Translations under genes and position numbers: made by a program
Shown: positions 35,320 to 49,244 of the stretch, piece by piece
How positions within the stretch are numbered: the first letter of the stretch is position 1
How the letters are laid out: every line of letters starts with the position of its first letter
NCBI GenBank assembly: GCA_030390025.1
Contig: JASTWF010000288.1
Location: 248,001 to 312,000, forward strand
DNA from: Squalus acanthias
Lineage: Eukaryota
Length of the DNA stretch: 64,000 bases
Direction of reading: 5' to 3'
The notes under the pieces: model-generated
The model's input: only the letters and a program-made list of their open reading frames with translations
The model's database searches: none
What the model was told of the DNA's origin: nothing

Positions 35320-37462
35320 CATTTGTGGATACGGATTTGGCTAAGGGACAGAAAGCAGAGAGTAGTGGTGAACGTATGTTTATCAGACTGGGGGGAATTA
35401 TACAGTGGTGAGCCCCAGAAGTCGGTATTGTGACCACTTCTCTTTTTGATATTTAATAATGACTTGGATTTTGATATACAGGGCATCATTTCAAAGATTA
35501 CTACTTTTCCGAGTTTCATGTCAATTGCAAAGAGTGAGGAGGTTAGTAACAAACCTCAGGAGCACTGAGACAGAGTGATCAAATAGGCAGACACATGGCA
35601 GATGATGCTTACTGCTTACTGCTGAGGAGGATGCCGAGAAACTCCAGGATGATTTGGACAGATTAGGTGATTGGGCAGAAGCATGGCAGATGCAATATAA
35701 TGTGGATAAATGCGAGGTTATCCACTTTGGTGTCAAAAACAGGAAGGCAGATTATTATCTGAATGGCAATAGATTGGGAGAAGGGGAAGTGCAACGAGAC
35801 CTGGGTGTACTTGTGCACCAGTCGCTGAAGGTAAGCATGCAGGTGCAGCAGGCGGTTAAGAAGGTAAATGGTATGTTGGCCTTCGTAGCGAGAGGGTTTG
35901 AGTACAGGAACAAGGATGTCTTGCTGCAGTTGTACAGGGGCTTGGTGAGACCACACCTTGAGGATTGTGTGCAGTTTTGGTCATCTTATCTGAGGAAGGA
36001 GGTTCTTGCCATGGAAGGAGTTCAGCGAAGATTCACCAGGCTGATACCTGGGATGGCAGGAATGACGTATGAGGAGAGATTGGGTCGATTGGGCTTATAC
36101 TCGCTGGAGTTTAGAAGAATGAGAGGGGATCTCATTGAAACTTATAAAATTCTGACAGGACTGGACAGACTAGATGCAGGAAGGATGTTCCCGATGGTCG
36201 GGGAGTCCAGAACCAGGGGTCACAGTCTAAGGATAAGGGGTAAGCCATTTAGGACAGAAATGAGGAGGAATTTCTTCACCCAGAGGGTGGTGAACCTGTG
36301 GAATTCTCTACCACAGAAGGCAGTAGAGGCCAATTCATTTAATATATTCAAGAAGGAGAAGGATATATTTCTTAAGGCTAAAGGGATCAAGGGTTTTGGG
36401 AAGAAAGCAGGGAAAGGGTTCTGAATTTGGATGATCAGCCATGATCGCATTAAATGGCGGAGCAGGCTAGAGGGGCCGAATGGCCTACTCCTGCTCCTAT
36501 CTTCTATGTTTCTATGACAAGTATGAAGTGATGCATTTTGGAAGGAAGAAGGGGGAGAGGTAATTTAAACTAAATGGTGTAATTTTAAAAGAGGTGCATG
36601 TATACGTACTTAAGTCTTTGAAGGGAACAGCACAAGTTGAGAAGGCTGATTAAAAAAAAAGCATACGGGATGCTTGGCTTTATTGATTGAGGCATTGGGC
36701 TCGATTTTGTCATGGGGCGGGCTGGGGTCGTGTCATCCGCTTTTCGTGTTAGCCACCTGACTGCAATTGGATGTGGGAGATTGATGCGATTTTCTCCTAA
36801 TTGGGCAATTGAGTTCCAGCATGTGGGAACCCATGAACCAATTAGTGTTTTCAGTCTGAAAGTCACCTCTGATGATGTCATCAATGCTGCTGCATTGAAG
36901 GTCTTCAAAGACTGGCAGCCTTTTGGCCTTTGCTGTGAGAGGGAGTTGGAGGTAGAATGAGCAGCAGCAGACATCCGTCCGACCGTCAGTCACTTCTCCT
37001 TCTCCTTCTTGCTGATAGTCAGCAATCCAAGGTTTCACCGTCGTGTTTCAGAGGAGGCGTGCATCACGTCGGAAAAGTCATAAAATCAGAAAGGCCTCTC
37101 AAAATAGGATTATAGAGGCAATTAAGTGGTTCTTAAGGGCCTATCCCGCCTCTTGGAGACGGGATCAGAAACCACGCATTTGGGAAAATTGCTCGGAGGC
37201 AGGGTCGGGCACGCTCGCCATTTTTTGCAATTTTAACACGCCTCCTCGGGCCTGGCAAAATCGAGCCCATAGAGTACAAAAGCAAGGAAATAATGCTAAA
37301 TCTTCCTAAATCACTGGTTACTCCTCACCTGGAGTGTTGTGTTCAATTCTGGGTGCCACATTTTAGGAAGGATGTCAAGGCCTTGCAGGGATGAGCGACT
37401 TCAGTCATGTTGAGAGACGATAGAAGCTGGGGTTGTGCTCTTTAGAGTAGGGAAGGTTAAGA
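35320..37462 (+). mobile_element. Older CR1 containing a nested younger CR1 (~35615-36515) and a MITE; resumes at ~39820-40415
   Basis: 256-aa ORF 35654-36424 (WAEAWQMQYNVDKCEVIHFG...LVRPHLE...RRMRGDLIETYKIL). The flanking older copy rejoins across it. Confidence 0.88.
36697..37268. mobile_element. Harbinger-like MITE (572 bp)
   Basis: Perfect 13-bp TIRs GGGCTCGATTTTG / CAAAATCGAGCCC with 3-bp flanks ATT/ATA. It interrupts the CR1 sequence gaggc-ata-gagtacaaaagc. Confidence 0.8.
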
Positions 37463-39820
37463 GCCTCAGCTTCATTCCCGTACGCCCTCCACTTCAGTGA
37501 ATTTCGAGCTCGGCATGATGCTGAGCTCTTCTTCCATCACCTTCGTCTCCCTGTCCACTTATTTGATCAGGAGTCTTCCCCCCGCACAGCGGACCCATCT
37601 TCAGAATTCTCGTTCTACCTGGACCCCACCCTCTGGCCTCTTACCCTCTCTGGATCTTTTCATTGCTAACTGCCGACGTGACATCAGCCGTCTCAATTTC
37701 TCTGCTCCCCTCACTCACTCCAACCTACCTCCCTCTGAACTTGCAGCACTCCGTTCTCTCAGATTCAACCCCGACATTGTCATTAAACCTGCTGACACGG
37801 GTGGCGCTGTTGTTGTTTGGTGAACCGACCTCTACCGTGCGGAGGCTGAACGCCAACTCTCCGACACCGCCTCCTACCTTCCCCTGGACCATGACCCCAC
37901 TAACGAACATCAAGCCACTGTTTCCAAAACTGTCACTGACCTCATCTCCTCTGGAGATCTTCCCCCCACGGCCGCCAACCTCATAGTCCCCCAACCCCGC
38001 ACAGCCCGCTTCTCCCTCCTTCCCAAGATCCACAAACAGGACTGCCCTGGTAGACCCATCGTTTCAGCCTGTTCTTGCCTCACGGAACTGATTTCTTCCT
38101 ATCTCGACTCTTTTTTCTCCCCTTGTCCAGTCCCGTCCCACTTACATCCGTGACTCTTCCGACACCCTCCGCCACTTTAACAGTTTCCAGTTTCCTCACC
38201 CTTACCGTCTCCTTTTCATAATGATTGTCCAATCCCTCTACACCTCCATTCCCCACCAGGATGGCCTGAGGGCGCTCCGCTTCTTCATTGAACAGAGGCC
38301 CAACCAGTCCCCATCCAACGCCATCCTCCTCCGCCTGGCTGAACTTGTTCTCACATTGAACAACTTCTCCTTAGACTCCACTCACTTCATCCAAATTAAA
38401 GGTGTTGCTATGGGAACCCGCACGCGTCCTAGCTATGCCTGCCTTTTCGTGGGATATGTGGAACATTCTTTATTCCAGTCCTACTCAGGTCCCCTCCCTC
38501 ACCTCTTTTTCCGGTACATTGACGACTGTATCAGTGTCGTTTCCTTCTCTCGCCCTGAATTAGAAAATTTCATCCACTTTGCTTCCAATTTCCACCCTTC
38601 CCTCACCTTCAAATGGTCCATCTCCGACTCTTCCCTTCCCTTCCTCGACTTCTCCGTCTCCATCTCTGGGGATAGGTTATTGACTAACATTCACTACAAG
38701 CCCACTGACTCCCACAGCTACCTGGACTACACTTCCTCCCACCCCGCCTCCTGTAAGGACTCTATTCCAATCTCCCCGTTTCTTCATCTCTGTCACGTCT
38801 GTTATGACGATGCCACCTTCCATACCAGTGCTTCCGATATGTTTTCCTTTTTTCTCACCCGAGGATTCTCCTCTACTGTGGTTGACACAGCCCTTGACCA
38901 TCTCTGTTCCAGTTCCCGCACTTCTGCCCTCACCCCTGCCCCTCCCTCCCGGAACCACGATAGAGTTCCCCTTGTCCTCACCTTTCACCCCACCAGCCTC
39001 CACATTTAGCAGATCATCCTCGACCATTTCCGCCACCTCCAGCGTGATCCCACCACCAAACGCATCTTCCCCTCACCTCCCCTTTTCAGCATTCCGTAGG
39101 GACCGCTCGCTCCGCGACACCCTAGTCCACTCCTCTACCACCCCCAGCACCCGTTCCCCTTCACCCGGCACCTTCCCGTGCAAGCACAGGAGATGCAACA
39201 CCTGCCCTTTTACCTCCCCCCTTCCCACTGTCCAGGGCCCCAAACACCCCTTTGAGGTGAAACAGCGATTTACTTGTAGTTCTTGCAGTTTAGTATACTG
39301 TATTCGCTGCTCACGATGTGGTCTCCTCTGCATTGGGGAGACCAAACGCAGATTGGGTGACTGCTTTGCGGAACACCTCCGTTCAGTCCGTAAGGGTGAC
39401 CCCGAGCTTCCAGTCGCTTGTCATTTTAATTCACTGCTCCATGCGCACTCAGACCTCACTGTCCTCGCCCTCTTGCATTGTTCCAACGAAGCTCAGCGTA
39501 AGCTCCAGGAACAGCACCTCATCTTCCGATGATGCACCTTCTGCTTCTTATTCTTCTTACAGCCCCCCGGACTCAACATTCAGTTCAACAATTGATCATA
39601 TCCATTGTTTAGTGCAGCAGCCGTTGGTAACTATTCTGCCATTGCCATTTACACCTCCTCCAGACCCACCTTTTGTTTCTTTACGTCTCCCATTACCATC
39701 TCCTATTGCCTTGCACCATCATCCCTTTCGTCATTTAAGCACTCCTGGCCTGCTGAGTATTACCAGCATTTTCTGTTTTTATTTCAGATTTTCAGCATCT
39801 GCAGTATTTTGCTTTTGTAT
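37463..39820 (+). mobile_element. Penelope-like retroelement (RT plus GIY-YIG endonuclease), degenerate
   Basis: SLYTSIPHQDG...LVLTLNNFS...GVAMGTR..PSYACLFVG...FRYIDD...LPFLD...YKPTDSHSYLDYTSSHP; VYCIRCSRCGLLCIGETKRRLGDCFAEHL. Confidence 0.93.
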
Positions 39821-39867
39821 TAAGGTGAAGAGGAGATTTGACAGAGGCGTTCAATATCATGAACAGT

Positions 39868-40065
39868 CTTGAGAAGTCGCACAACACCAGGTTATAGTCC
39901 AACAGCTTTATTTGAAATCACAAGCTTTTGGAGCGCTGCTCCTTCGTCAGGTGAAGTCTCAGTAGCTCCGAAAGCTTGTGATTTCAAATAAAGCTGTTGG
40001 ACTATAACCTGGTGTTGTGCGACTTCTCACTTTTGTCCACCCCAGTCCAACACCGGCATCTCCAC
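39868..40065. mobile_element. Second Penelope-derived hairpin mini-insertion with TSD
   Basis: Inverted arms gagaagtcgcacaacaccaggttatagtccaac / gttggactataacctggtgttgtgcgacttctc. atcatgaacagt is duplicated at 39856-67 and 40066-77. Confidence 0.7.
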
Positions 40066-40464
40066 ATCATGAACAGTTTTGACAGAGTAAATAAACAGAA
40101 ATTCTTTCCAGTGGCTGAAGGGTCGGTAACCAGAGGACACAGATTTAAGGTGATTGGCAAAAGAACCAGAGGTGACATGAGGAAACATTTTTTTATGCAG
40201 CGAGTTATTGTGATCGGGAATGCGCTGCCTGAAAGGGCGGTGGAAGCAGATAACCTTCAAATGGGAATTGGATAAATACTGGAAGGGGAGAAATTTGCAG
40301 GGCTATGGGGAAAAAGCAGGGAAGGGGGGAGTGGGGCTAATTGGAGAGCTCGGCCAAAGAGCCGGCACAGGCACGATGGGCCGAATGGCCTCCTCTGTGA
40401 TGTATCATTCTATGATTTATTTTGGTGATCACAAACTTCACTCTCACCTTGTGATACAATTATT

Positions 40465-43400
40465 AATGCTCTCTCTCTCTCCTTCTCCCTGTCCCCATAT
40501 CTATTTGTATCTCTTGCTGTCTCTCCCTCTTTCTGTCTCTCTCTCACACCTCCTATACCTCTGTCTCTTGTTCTCTGTCTTGTATCGCTGTTTTCCTCTT
40601 TGACTGTTTCTCTCTAAATGTGCCTTTGTCTGTCGCCTTTATGTTCCTCTCACCTCCCTCCATCCCTTACCATCTCTCCAACTCTCCTTCGCTGTTTCTC
40701 TCTCACCTTCTGTCTCTGGTTTTCCCTCACTTTGTTACTATCTCCCCTTATATCCAACATGTCTTTCTCTCTCTCACCTTCCTGCCCCTCTTTCTCTAAC
40801 TTTGCCCCCTTTGTCTTATTTCCATCACTCCCTGTATCTATCTCTTTTTCTTTCACCCTATCTCTTGTGCTCTCCAACTCTTATTTGTTCCCTTCGCTTT
40901 CTCTCTCCATCTCTGTTTTTCTCTCCCCCTTTTACTCTCTTTCCTTCACCTTCATATTTCTCTCTCGGTTGCTGTTCCACTCTGTTCCGCTCCTCGTCTC
41001 TCCTTCTGGTTATTTCACTTGCTCTCTGTTCCTTTCCCCGTCTCACTGTTCTTTTCACTCTTACCCTCTCGTTCACTGCTCCTTGCTGTCTGTCCCTCTC
41101 TGTTCCTCTCTTTCTCTTCCCCTCTGACTGACTCTCTATTTCCCTTTCTCTCTGCTCCTCTGTTCTCCTCTCACACTGTTACACACTTTATTCTGTTCCT
41201 CTTCCCCTGTTTTTCTCTCTTTTTCTCTAATTCTGTTACTATTACTGTCTCTCACTTTCTCTATCTGTTGCTCATGGTTTCTGCCCCTCTCTCCCTGTCT
41301 GTCACACTTACTGACCCTCTACCTCTTGGTCCCACGATTTCTGTTTTTTTCAAAACTCTATCCCCATTCCTGTGCCTGTCCCTGTCACTCTCTGTCCCTA
41401 TTCTTGTCCCTGTCACTCTCTGTCCCTGTTCTTGTCCCTGTCACTCTCTGTCCCTGTTCTTGTCCCTGTCACTCTCTGCCCCTGTTCTTGTCCCTGTCAC
41501 TCTCTGCCCCTGTTCTTGTCCCTGTCACTCTCTGTCCCTGTTCGTGTCCCTGTCACTCTCTGCCCATGTTCCTTTCCCTCTCTCTCTCTCTACCTGTCCC
41601 TCTCTGTGTTATTGTCATGACCCTCTCTCACTGTCTACCTGTCCCTCTCTCTGACTCACTCTCTGTTCCTGTCATGTCTCTCTCACTCTCCCACTCTCTA
41701 CCTGTCGCACTCTCTGTCCCTGTCCCTCTCTCTCTGTACCTGTCACTCTCTCTCTCTCTCTCTCACTCTTTGTCCCTGTTTCTCTCTCTGTGACCGTCAC
41801 TCTCTCTGTATCTGTCACTCTCCCCGTACCTGTTACACTCTCTGTACTGGTCACTGTCTCTGTCTCACTCGCTGTTCCTGTTCCTGTCCCTCTCTCTCAC
41901 GCTAATTCTCTCTCTCTCTCTCTCTACCTGTCTAACTCTCTGTCTCAATCTCTACCTCACATTCTGTCTCACTCTGTCTCACTCTCTATCTCACTCTCTG
42001 TCTCTCTCTCTCTCTGCACCTGTCCCTCTCTGTGTCACGCTCTGTCCCTGTCAACCCCCCTCTCTGCACCGGTCACTCTCTCTGTCCCTGTCCCTCTCTC
42101 TCTTTCTGCACTTGTCACTCTCACTCTCTCTCTCACTCTCTGTCCCTGTTCTTGTCCCTGTCTCTGTCCCTGTCACTCTCTGTCTCTGTTCCTGTCCCTG
42201 TCACTCTCTGTTCCTGTTCTTGATGTCACTCTCTGTTCCTGTTCTTGTCCCTGTCACTCTCTGTTCCTGTTCCTGTTCTTGTCCCTGTCACTCTCTGTCC
42301 CTGTTCTTGTCCCTGTCACTCTCTGTCTCTGTTCTTGTCCCTGTCACTCTCTGTCCCTGTACTTGTCCCTGTCACTCTCTGTCTCTATACTTGTCCCTGT
42401 CACTCTCTGTCTCTGTTCCTGTCACTCTCTGTTCCTGTTCTTGTCCCTGTCACTCTCTGTCTCTGTTCCTGTCACTCTCTGTTCCTGTTCTTGTCCTGGT
42501 CACTCTCTGTTCCTGTTCCTGTCCCCGTCACTCTCTGTCCCTGTACTTGTCCCTGTCACTCTCTGTCCCTGTACTTGTCCCTGTCACTCTCTGTCCCTGT
42601 TCTTGTCCCTGTCACTCTCTGTCCCTGTTCCTGTCCCTGGCTCTCTCTGTCTTTGTTCCTGTCCCTGTTACTCTCTGTTCTTGTCCCTGTCACTCTCTGT
42701 CCCTGTTCCTGTCCCTGTCACTCTGTTCCTGTTCCTGTCCCTGTCCCTGTCACTCTGTCTCTGTTCCTGTCCCTGTCACTCTCTGTTCCTATTCTTGTCC
42801 CGGTCACTCTCTGTTCCTGTTCTTGTCACTCTCTGTTCCTGTTCTTGTCACTCTCTGTTCCTGTTCTTGTCACTCTCTGTTCCTGTTCTTGTCCCTGTCA
42901 CTCTCTGTCCCTGTCCTGTCCCTGTCACTCTCCGTTACTGTTCCTGTGCTTGTCCCTGTCACTTTCTGTCTTTGTACTTGTTCCCGTCACTCTCTGTTCC
43001 TGTTACTCTCTGTTCCTGTTCTTGTCACTCTCTGTCTCTGTCCCTGTTCCTGTCCCTGTCACTCTGTTCCTGTTCCTGTTCTTGTCCCTTCACTCTCTGT
43101 CTTTGTACTTGTTCCTGTCACTCTCTGTTCCTGTTCTTGTCCCTGTCACTCTCTGTTCCTGTTCTTGTCCCTGTCACTCTCTGTCCCTGTTCCTGTCCCT
43201 GTCAGTCTCTGTCTCTGTTCCTGTCCCTGTCACTCTCTGTTCCTGTCCCTGTCACTCTCTGTTCCTGTTCTTGTCCCTGTCACTCTCTGTTCCTGTTCTT
43301 GTCCCTGTCACTCTCTGTCCTGTTCTTGTCCCTGTCACTCTCTGTCCCTGTTCTTGTCCCTGTCACTCTCTGTCCCGGTTCCTGTCCCTGTCACTCTCTG

Positions 43401-44840
43401 TTCCTGTTCTTGTCCCCGTCACTCTCTGTTCCTGTTCTTGTCCCCGTCACTCTCTGTTCCTGTTCTTGTCCCCGTCACTCTCTGTTCCTGTTCTTGTCCC
43501 CGTCACTCTCTGTCCCTGTTCCTGTCCCCGTCACTCTCTGTCCCTGTTCCTGTCCCTGTCACTCTCTGTCCCTGTCGCTGTTCCTGTCCCTGTCACTCTC
43601 TGTTCCTGTTCTTGTCCCTTTCACTCTCTGTCCCTGTTCCTGTCCCTTTCACTCTCTGTCCCTGTTCCTGTCCCTGTCACTCTCTGTTCCTGTTCCTGTC
43701 CCTGTCACTCTCTGTTCCTGTTCCTGTCCCTGTCACTCTCTGTTCCTGTTCTTGTCCCTGTCACTCTCTGTTCCTGTTCTTGTTCCTGTCACTCTGTCCC
43801 TGTTCCTGTCCCTGTCACTCTCTCTTCCTGTTCTTGTCCCTGTCACTCTCTCTTCCTGGTCCTGTCCCTGTCACTCTCTGTTCCTGTTCTTGTCCCTGTC
43901 ACTCTTTGTTCCTGTTCTTGTCCCTGTCACTCTTTGTTCCTGTTCTTGTCCCTGTCACTCTCTGTCCCTGTTCCTGTCCCTGTCACTCTCTGTTCCTGTT
44001 CTTGTCCCTGTCACTCTCTGTCCCTGTTCATGTCCCTGTCACTCTCTGTCCCTGTTCCTGTCCCTGTCACTCTCTGTCCCTGTTCCTGTCCCTGTCACTC
44101 TCTGTCCCTGTTCCTGTCCCTGTCACTCTCTGTCCCTGTTCCTGTCACTCTCTGTTCCTGTTCCTGTTCCTGTCACTCTCTGTTCCTGTTCCTGTCACTC
44201 TCTGTTCCTGTTCCTGTTCTTGTCCCTGTCACTCTCTGTCTCTGTTCCTGTTCTTGTCCCTGTCACTCTCTGTTCCTGTTCTTGTCCCTGTCACTCTCTG
44301 TTCCTGTTCTTGTCCCTGTCACTCTCTGTTCCTGTTCTTGTCCCTGTCACTCTGTCCCTGTCACTCTCTGTCTCTGTTCCTGTCACTCTCTGTTCCTGTT
44401 CTTGTCCCTGTCACTCTCTGTCTCTGTTCCTGTTCTTATCCCTGTCACTCTCTGTCCCTGTACTTGTCCCTGTCACTCTCTGTCCCTGTACTTGTCCCTG
44501 TCACTCTCTGTCCCTGTACTTGTCCCTGTCACTCTCTGTCCCTGTACTTGTCCCTGTCACTCTCTGTCTCTGTTCCTGTTCCTGTCCCTGTCACTCTCTG
44601 TCTCTGTTCCTGTCACTCTCTGTTCCGGTTCCTGTTCCTGTCACTCTCTGTTCCTGTCACTCTCTGTTCCTGTTCTTGTCCCTGTCACTCTCTGCCCATG
44701 TTCCTTTCCCTCTCTCTCACTGTCTACCTGTCCCTCTCTCTGAATCACTCTCTGTTCCGGTCATGTCTCTCTCACTCTCCCACTCTCTACCTGTCGCACT
44801 CTCTGTCCCTGTCCCTGTCCCTCTCTCTCTGTACCTGTCA

Positions 44841-44878
<38 letters not shown>

Positions 44879-47800
44879 TTGTCCCTGTTTCTCTCTCTGT
44901 GCCTGTCACTCTCTCTGTATCTGTCACTCTCCCCGTACCTGTTACACTCTCTGTACTGGTCACTCTCTCTGTCTCACTTGCTGTTCCTGTTCCTGTCCCT
45001 CTCTCTCACGCTAATTCTCTCTCTCTGTCTCTCTCTCTCTACCTGTCTAACTCTCTGTCTCAATCTCTATCTCACTCTTCTGTCTCTCTCTCTCGGTACC
45101 TTTCACTCTCTCGGTACCTGTCACTCTCTGTCTCTCTCTGCACCTGTCCCTCTCTCTGTGTCACGCTCTGTCCCTGTCAACCCCCCTCTCTGCACCTGTC
45201 ACTCTCTCTGTCTTGCTCTCTCTTCCTATCCCTCTCTCTCTCTCTCTCACTCTCACTCCCTGTCCCTCACTCTCTATCCCTGTCGCTCTCTGTTCCTGTC
45301 CCTCTCTCTCTCTCTCTGTACCTATCCCTCTCTCTCTCTCTCTGTACCTGTCACTCTCTCTGTCTCACTCTCTGTCCCTGTCCCTCACTCTCTGTTCCTG
45401 TCCCTCTCTCTCTCTCTGTACCCGTCACTCTCACTGTCTCACTCCCTGTTCCTGACCCTCACTCTCTGTCCCGGTCACTCTCACTGTCTCACTCTCTGTT
45501 CCTGACCCTCTCTCTCTGTACCTGTCACTCTCACTGTCTCACTCTCTGTACCTGTCACTCTCTCTGTCTCACTCTCTGTCCCTGTCCTTCTCTCTCTGCA
45601 CCTGTCACTCCCTGTCTCGTTCTCTGTTCCTGTCCTTCTATCTCTCTCTCTCTCTCTACCTGGCACTCTCTCTGTCTCACTCTCTGTCCCTGTCCCTCAC
45701 TCTCTGTTCCTGTCCCTCACTCACTCTCTGTACCTGTCACTCTCACTGTCTCACTCTCTGTTCCTGTCCCTCTCTCTCTCTCTGTACCCGTCACTCTCAC
45801 TGTCTCACTCCCTGTTCCTGACCCTCACTCTCTGTCCCTGTCACTCTCACTGTCTCACTCTCTGTTCCTGTCCCTCTCTCTCTCTCTCTCTACCTGGCAC
45901 TCTCTCTGTCTCACTCTCTGTCCCTGTCCCTCTCTCTCTACCTGTCACTCTCACTCTCTGTCCCTGTCCCTCTCTCTCTACCTGTCACTCTCACTCTCTG
46001 TACCTGTCCTTCTCTCTCTCTGCACCTGTCACTCTCTCTGTCTCACTCTGTCCCTGTCCCCCTCTCTCTCTCTTCCTGTCACTCATTCTGTACCTGTCCC
46101 TCTCTCGCTCTGTACTTGTTACTCTCTCTGTCTCACTCTCTCTGTACCTGTCACTCTCTGTCTTGCTCTCTGTTCCTGTCCCTCTCTATCTCTCTGTACC
46201 TGTCACTGCCTCTCTCTCTGCACCTGTCACTCTCGCTCTCATTTCTATCCCTGTCCCTCACTCTCTGTACCTTTCACTCTCCATCCCACTCTCCTTTAAT
46301 GTCACTCTCTGTCTTGCTATCTGTCCGTCACTCTCTCTCTCTTCCTGTCACACTCTCTGTCTCACTCTCTGTCCCTCTCTCTCTCTCTCTGTACCTGTCA
46401 CTCTCTCTGTCTCACTCTCTGTCCCTCGCTCTCTCTGTACCTGTCACTCTCTGTCTCACTCTCTGTCCCTGTCTCTCTCTCTCTGTACCTGTCACTCTCT
46501 CTGTCTCACTCTCTGTACCTGTCACTCTCTCTGTCTCACTCTCTGTCCCTGTCCTTCTCTCTCTGCACCTGTCACTCCCTGTCTCGTTCTCTGTTCCTGT
46601 CCTTCTATCTCTACCGGTGATTCTCTCTGTCTCACTCTCTCTCTCTGTCCCTCACTCTCTGTTCCTGTCACTCTCTGTCTCGCTCTCTGTTCCTGTCCCT
46701 CTCTATCTCTCTGTACCTGTCACTCCCTCTCTCTCTGCACCTGTCACTCTCTCTCTCTCTCTCGTTCTCTGCCCCATCCCTCACTCTCTGCACCTATCAC
46801 TCTCCGTCCCACTCTCTGTCCCTTTCACTCTCTGTCTCGCTCTCTGTTCCTGTCACTCTACACCTGTCCCTCCCTCTGTCTCACTCTTTGTCCCTGTCAC
46901 TCTCTGTCTCACTCAATGTCCCTGTCCCTCTCTACACCTGTCACTCTCTCTCTCTCTCTCTCACTCTCTGTCCCTGACCCCGTCCCCCTCTCTTTCTTTC
47001 TCTCTCTACCTGTAATTCTCTTTCTCTCACTCTGTCCCTGTCTCTCTCTTCCTGTCACTCTTTCTGTACCTGTCCCTCTCTCTCTCTGTCCCTGTCACTC
47101 TCTCTGTCTCACTCTCTGTCCCTCTCTCTCTCTGTACCTGTCACACTCTGTCCCTCTCTCTCTCTCTCTCTGTCCCTGTCACTCTGTCCCTGTCACACTC
47201 TGTCTCACTCTCTGTCCCTCTCTCTCTCTCTCTCTGTACCTGTCACACTCTCTGTCCCACTCTCTGTCCCTCTCTCTCTCTCTTCCTGTCACTCTGTCTC
47301 ACTCTCTCTCTCTGTCCCTGTCACACTCTCTGTCTCTCTCTCTCTACCTGTCACTCTCTCTGTCTCACTCTCTGTCCCTGTCCATCTCTCTCTCTCTCTG
47401 TCCCTGTCTATCTCTCTGTACTTGTCACACTCTTCCTTTCTCTCTGTACCTATTACTCCCTCTCTCTCTGCACCTGTCACTCTCTCTCTCTCGTTCTCTG
47501 CCCCTATCCCTCACTCTCTGTCCCTGTTTCTCTCTCTTCCTGTCACTCTTTCTGTACCTGTCCCTCTCTCTCTCTCTCTGTATCTGTCACTCTCTCTGTC
47601 TCACTCTTTGTTCCTGTCCCCCTCTCTCTTTCTCTGTGCCTGTCTCTCTCCCTCTCTCTCTGTACTTGTCGCTCTCTCTGTGCCTGTCATTCTCTCTCTC
47701 TCTCTACCTGTCACTCTCTCTGTCTCACTCTCTGTCCCTCTCTGTACCTGTCACTCTCTCTGTCTCACTCTCTGTCCCTGTCCTTCTCTCTCTGCACCTG

Positions 47801-49240
47801 TCACTCTCTGTCTCGTTCTCTGTTCCTGTCCTTCTATCTCTACCGGTGATTCTCTCTGTCTCACTCTCTCTCTCTGTCCCTCACTCTCTGTTCCTGTCAC
47901 TCTCTGTCTCGCTCTCTGTTCCTGTCCCTCTCTATCTCTCTGTACCTGTCACTCCCTCTCTCTCTGCACCTGTCACTCTCTCTCTCTCTCTCTCGTTCTC
48001 TGCCCCGTCCCTCACTCTCTGCACCTATCACTCTCCGTCCCACTCTCTGTCCCTTTCACTCTCTGTCTCGCTCTCTGTTCCTGTCACTCTACACCTGTCC
48101 CTCCCTCTGTCTCACTCTTTGTCCCTGTCCCTCTCTCTGCACCTGTCACTCTCTCTCTCACTCTCTGTCCCTGACCCCGTCCCCCTCTCTCTTTCTTTCT
48201 CTCTCTACCTGTAATTCTCTTTCTCTCACTCTGTCCCTGTCTCTCTCTTCCTGTCACTCTTTCTGTACCTGTCCCTCTCTCTCTCTGTCCCTGTCACTCT
48301 CTCTGTCTCACTCTCTGTCCCTCTCTCTCTCTGTACCTGTCACACTCTCTGTCCCTCTCTCTCTCTCTCTCTCTCTGTCCCTGTCACTCTGTCCCTGTCA
48401 CACTCTGTCCCACTCTCTGTCCCTCTCTCTCTCTCTCTCTCTGTACCTGTCACACTCTCTGTCTCACACTGTCTCTCTCTCTCTCTCTCTCTTCCTGTCA
48501 CTCTGTCTCACTCTCTGTCCCTCTCTCTCTCTCTCTCTGTCCCTGTCACACTCTCTGTCTCTCTCTCTCTACCTGTCACTCTCTCTGTCTCACTCTCTGT
48601 CCCTGTCCATCTCTCTCTCTCTCTGTCCCTGTCTATCTCTCTGTACTTGTCACACTCTTCCTTTCTCTCTGTACCTATTACTCCCTCTCTCTCTGCACCT
48701 GTCACTCTCTCTCTCTCGTTCTCTGCCCCTATCCCTCACTCTCTGTCCCTGTCTCTCTCTCTTCCTGTCACTCTTTCTGTACCTGTCCCTCTCTCTCTCT
48801 GTATCTGTCACTCTCTCTGTCTCACTCTTTGTTCCTGTCCCCCTCTCTCTTTCTCTGTGCCTGTCTCTCTCCCTCTCTCTCTGTACTTGTCGCTCTCTCT
48901 GTGCCTGTCATTCTCTCTCTCTCTCCCTGTCACTCTCTCTGTCTCACTCTCTGTCCCTGTCCTTCTCTCTCTGTGTACCTGTCACTTTCTTTCTCTCTCT
49001 CTCTACCTGTCACTCTCTCTGTCTCACTCTCTGTCCCTGTCCTCCTCTCTGTGTACCTGTCACTCTCTCTGTCTCACTCTCTGTACCTGGCAATCTCTCT
49101 GTCTCACTCTCTGTCCCTGTCTCTCTCTGTACCTGTCACTCTCTGTCTCCCTCTATTTTCCTGTCCCTGCCCCTTTCTCTCTCTCTCCTTCTCCCTCTCC
49201 CACTCTTTCCGTTCCTCCCACTCTCTATTCCTCCCTCTAT
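40465..49240. repeat. Pyrimidine-rich low-complexity/minisatellite tract (tgtccctgtcactctc, (ct)n) filling the 3' part of MHC intron 3
   Basis: Directly visible, ~8.8 kb, with internal block duplications. Confidence 0.97.
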
Positions 49241-49244
49241 AAAG

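Noticed and set aside
41790-49240. Leu/Ser/Val/Pro/Cys-rich ORFs of 680-1395 aa, and the N-terminal ~200 aa of ORF 48647-49528
   Set aside because: Artefacts of the A-poor CT repeat. Only 49245-49514 is a real exon.
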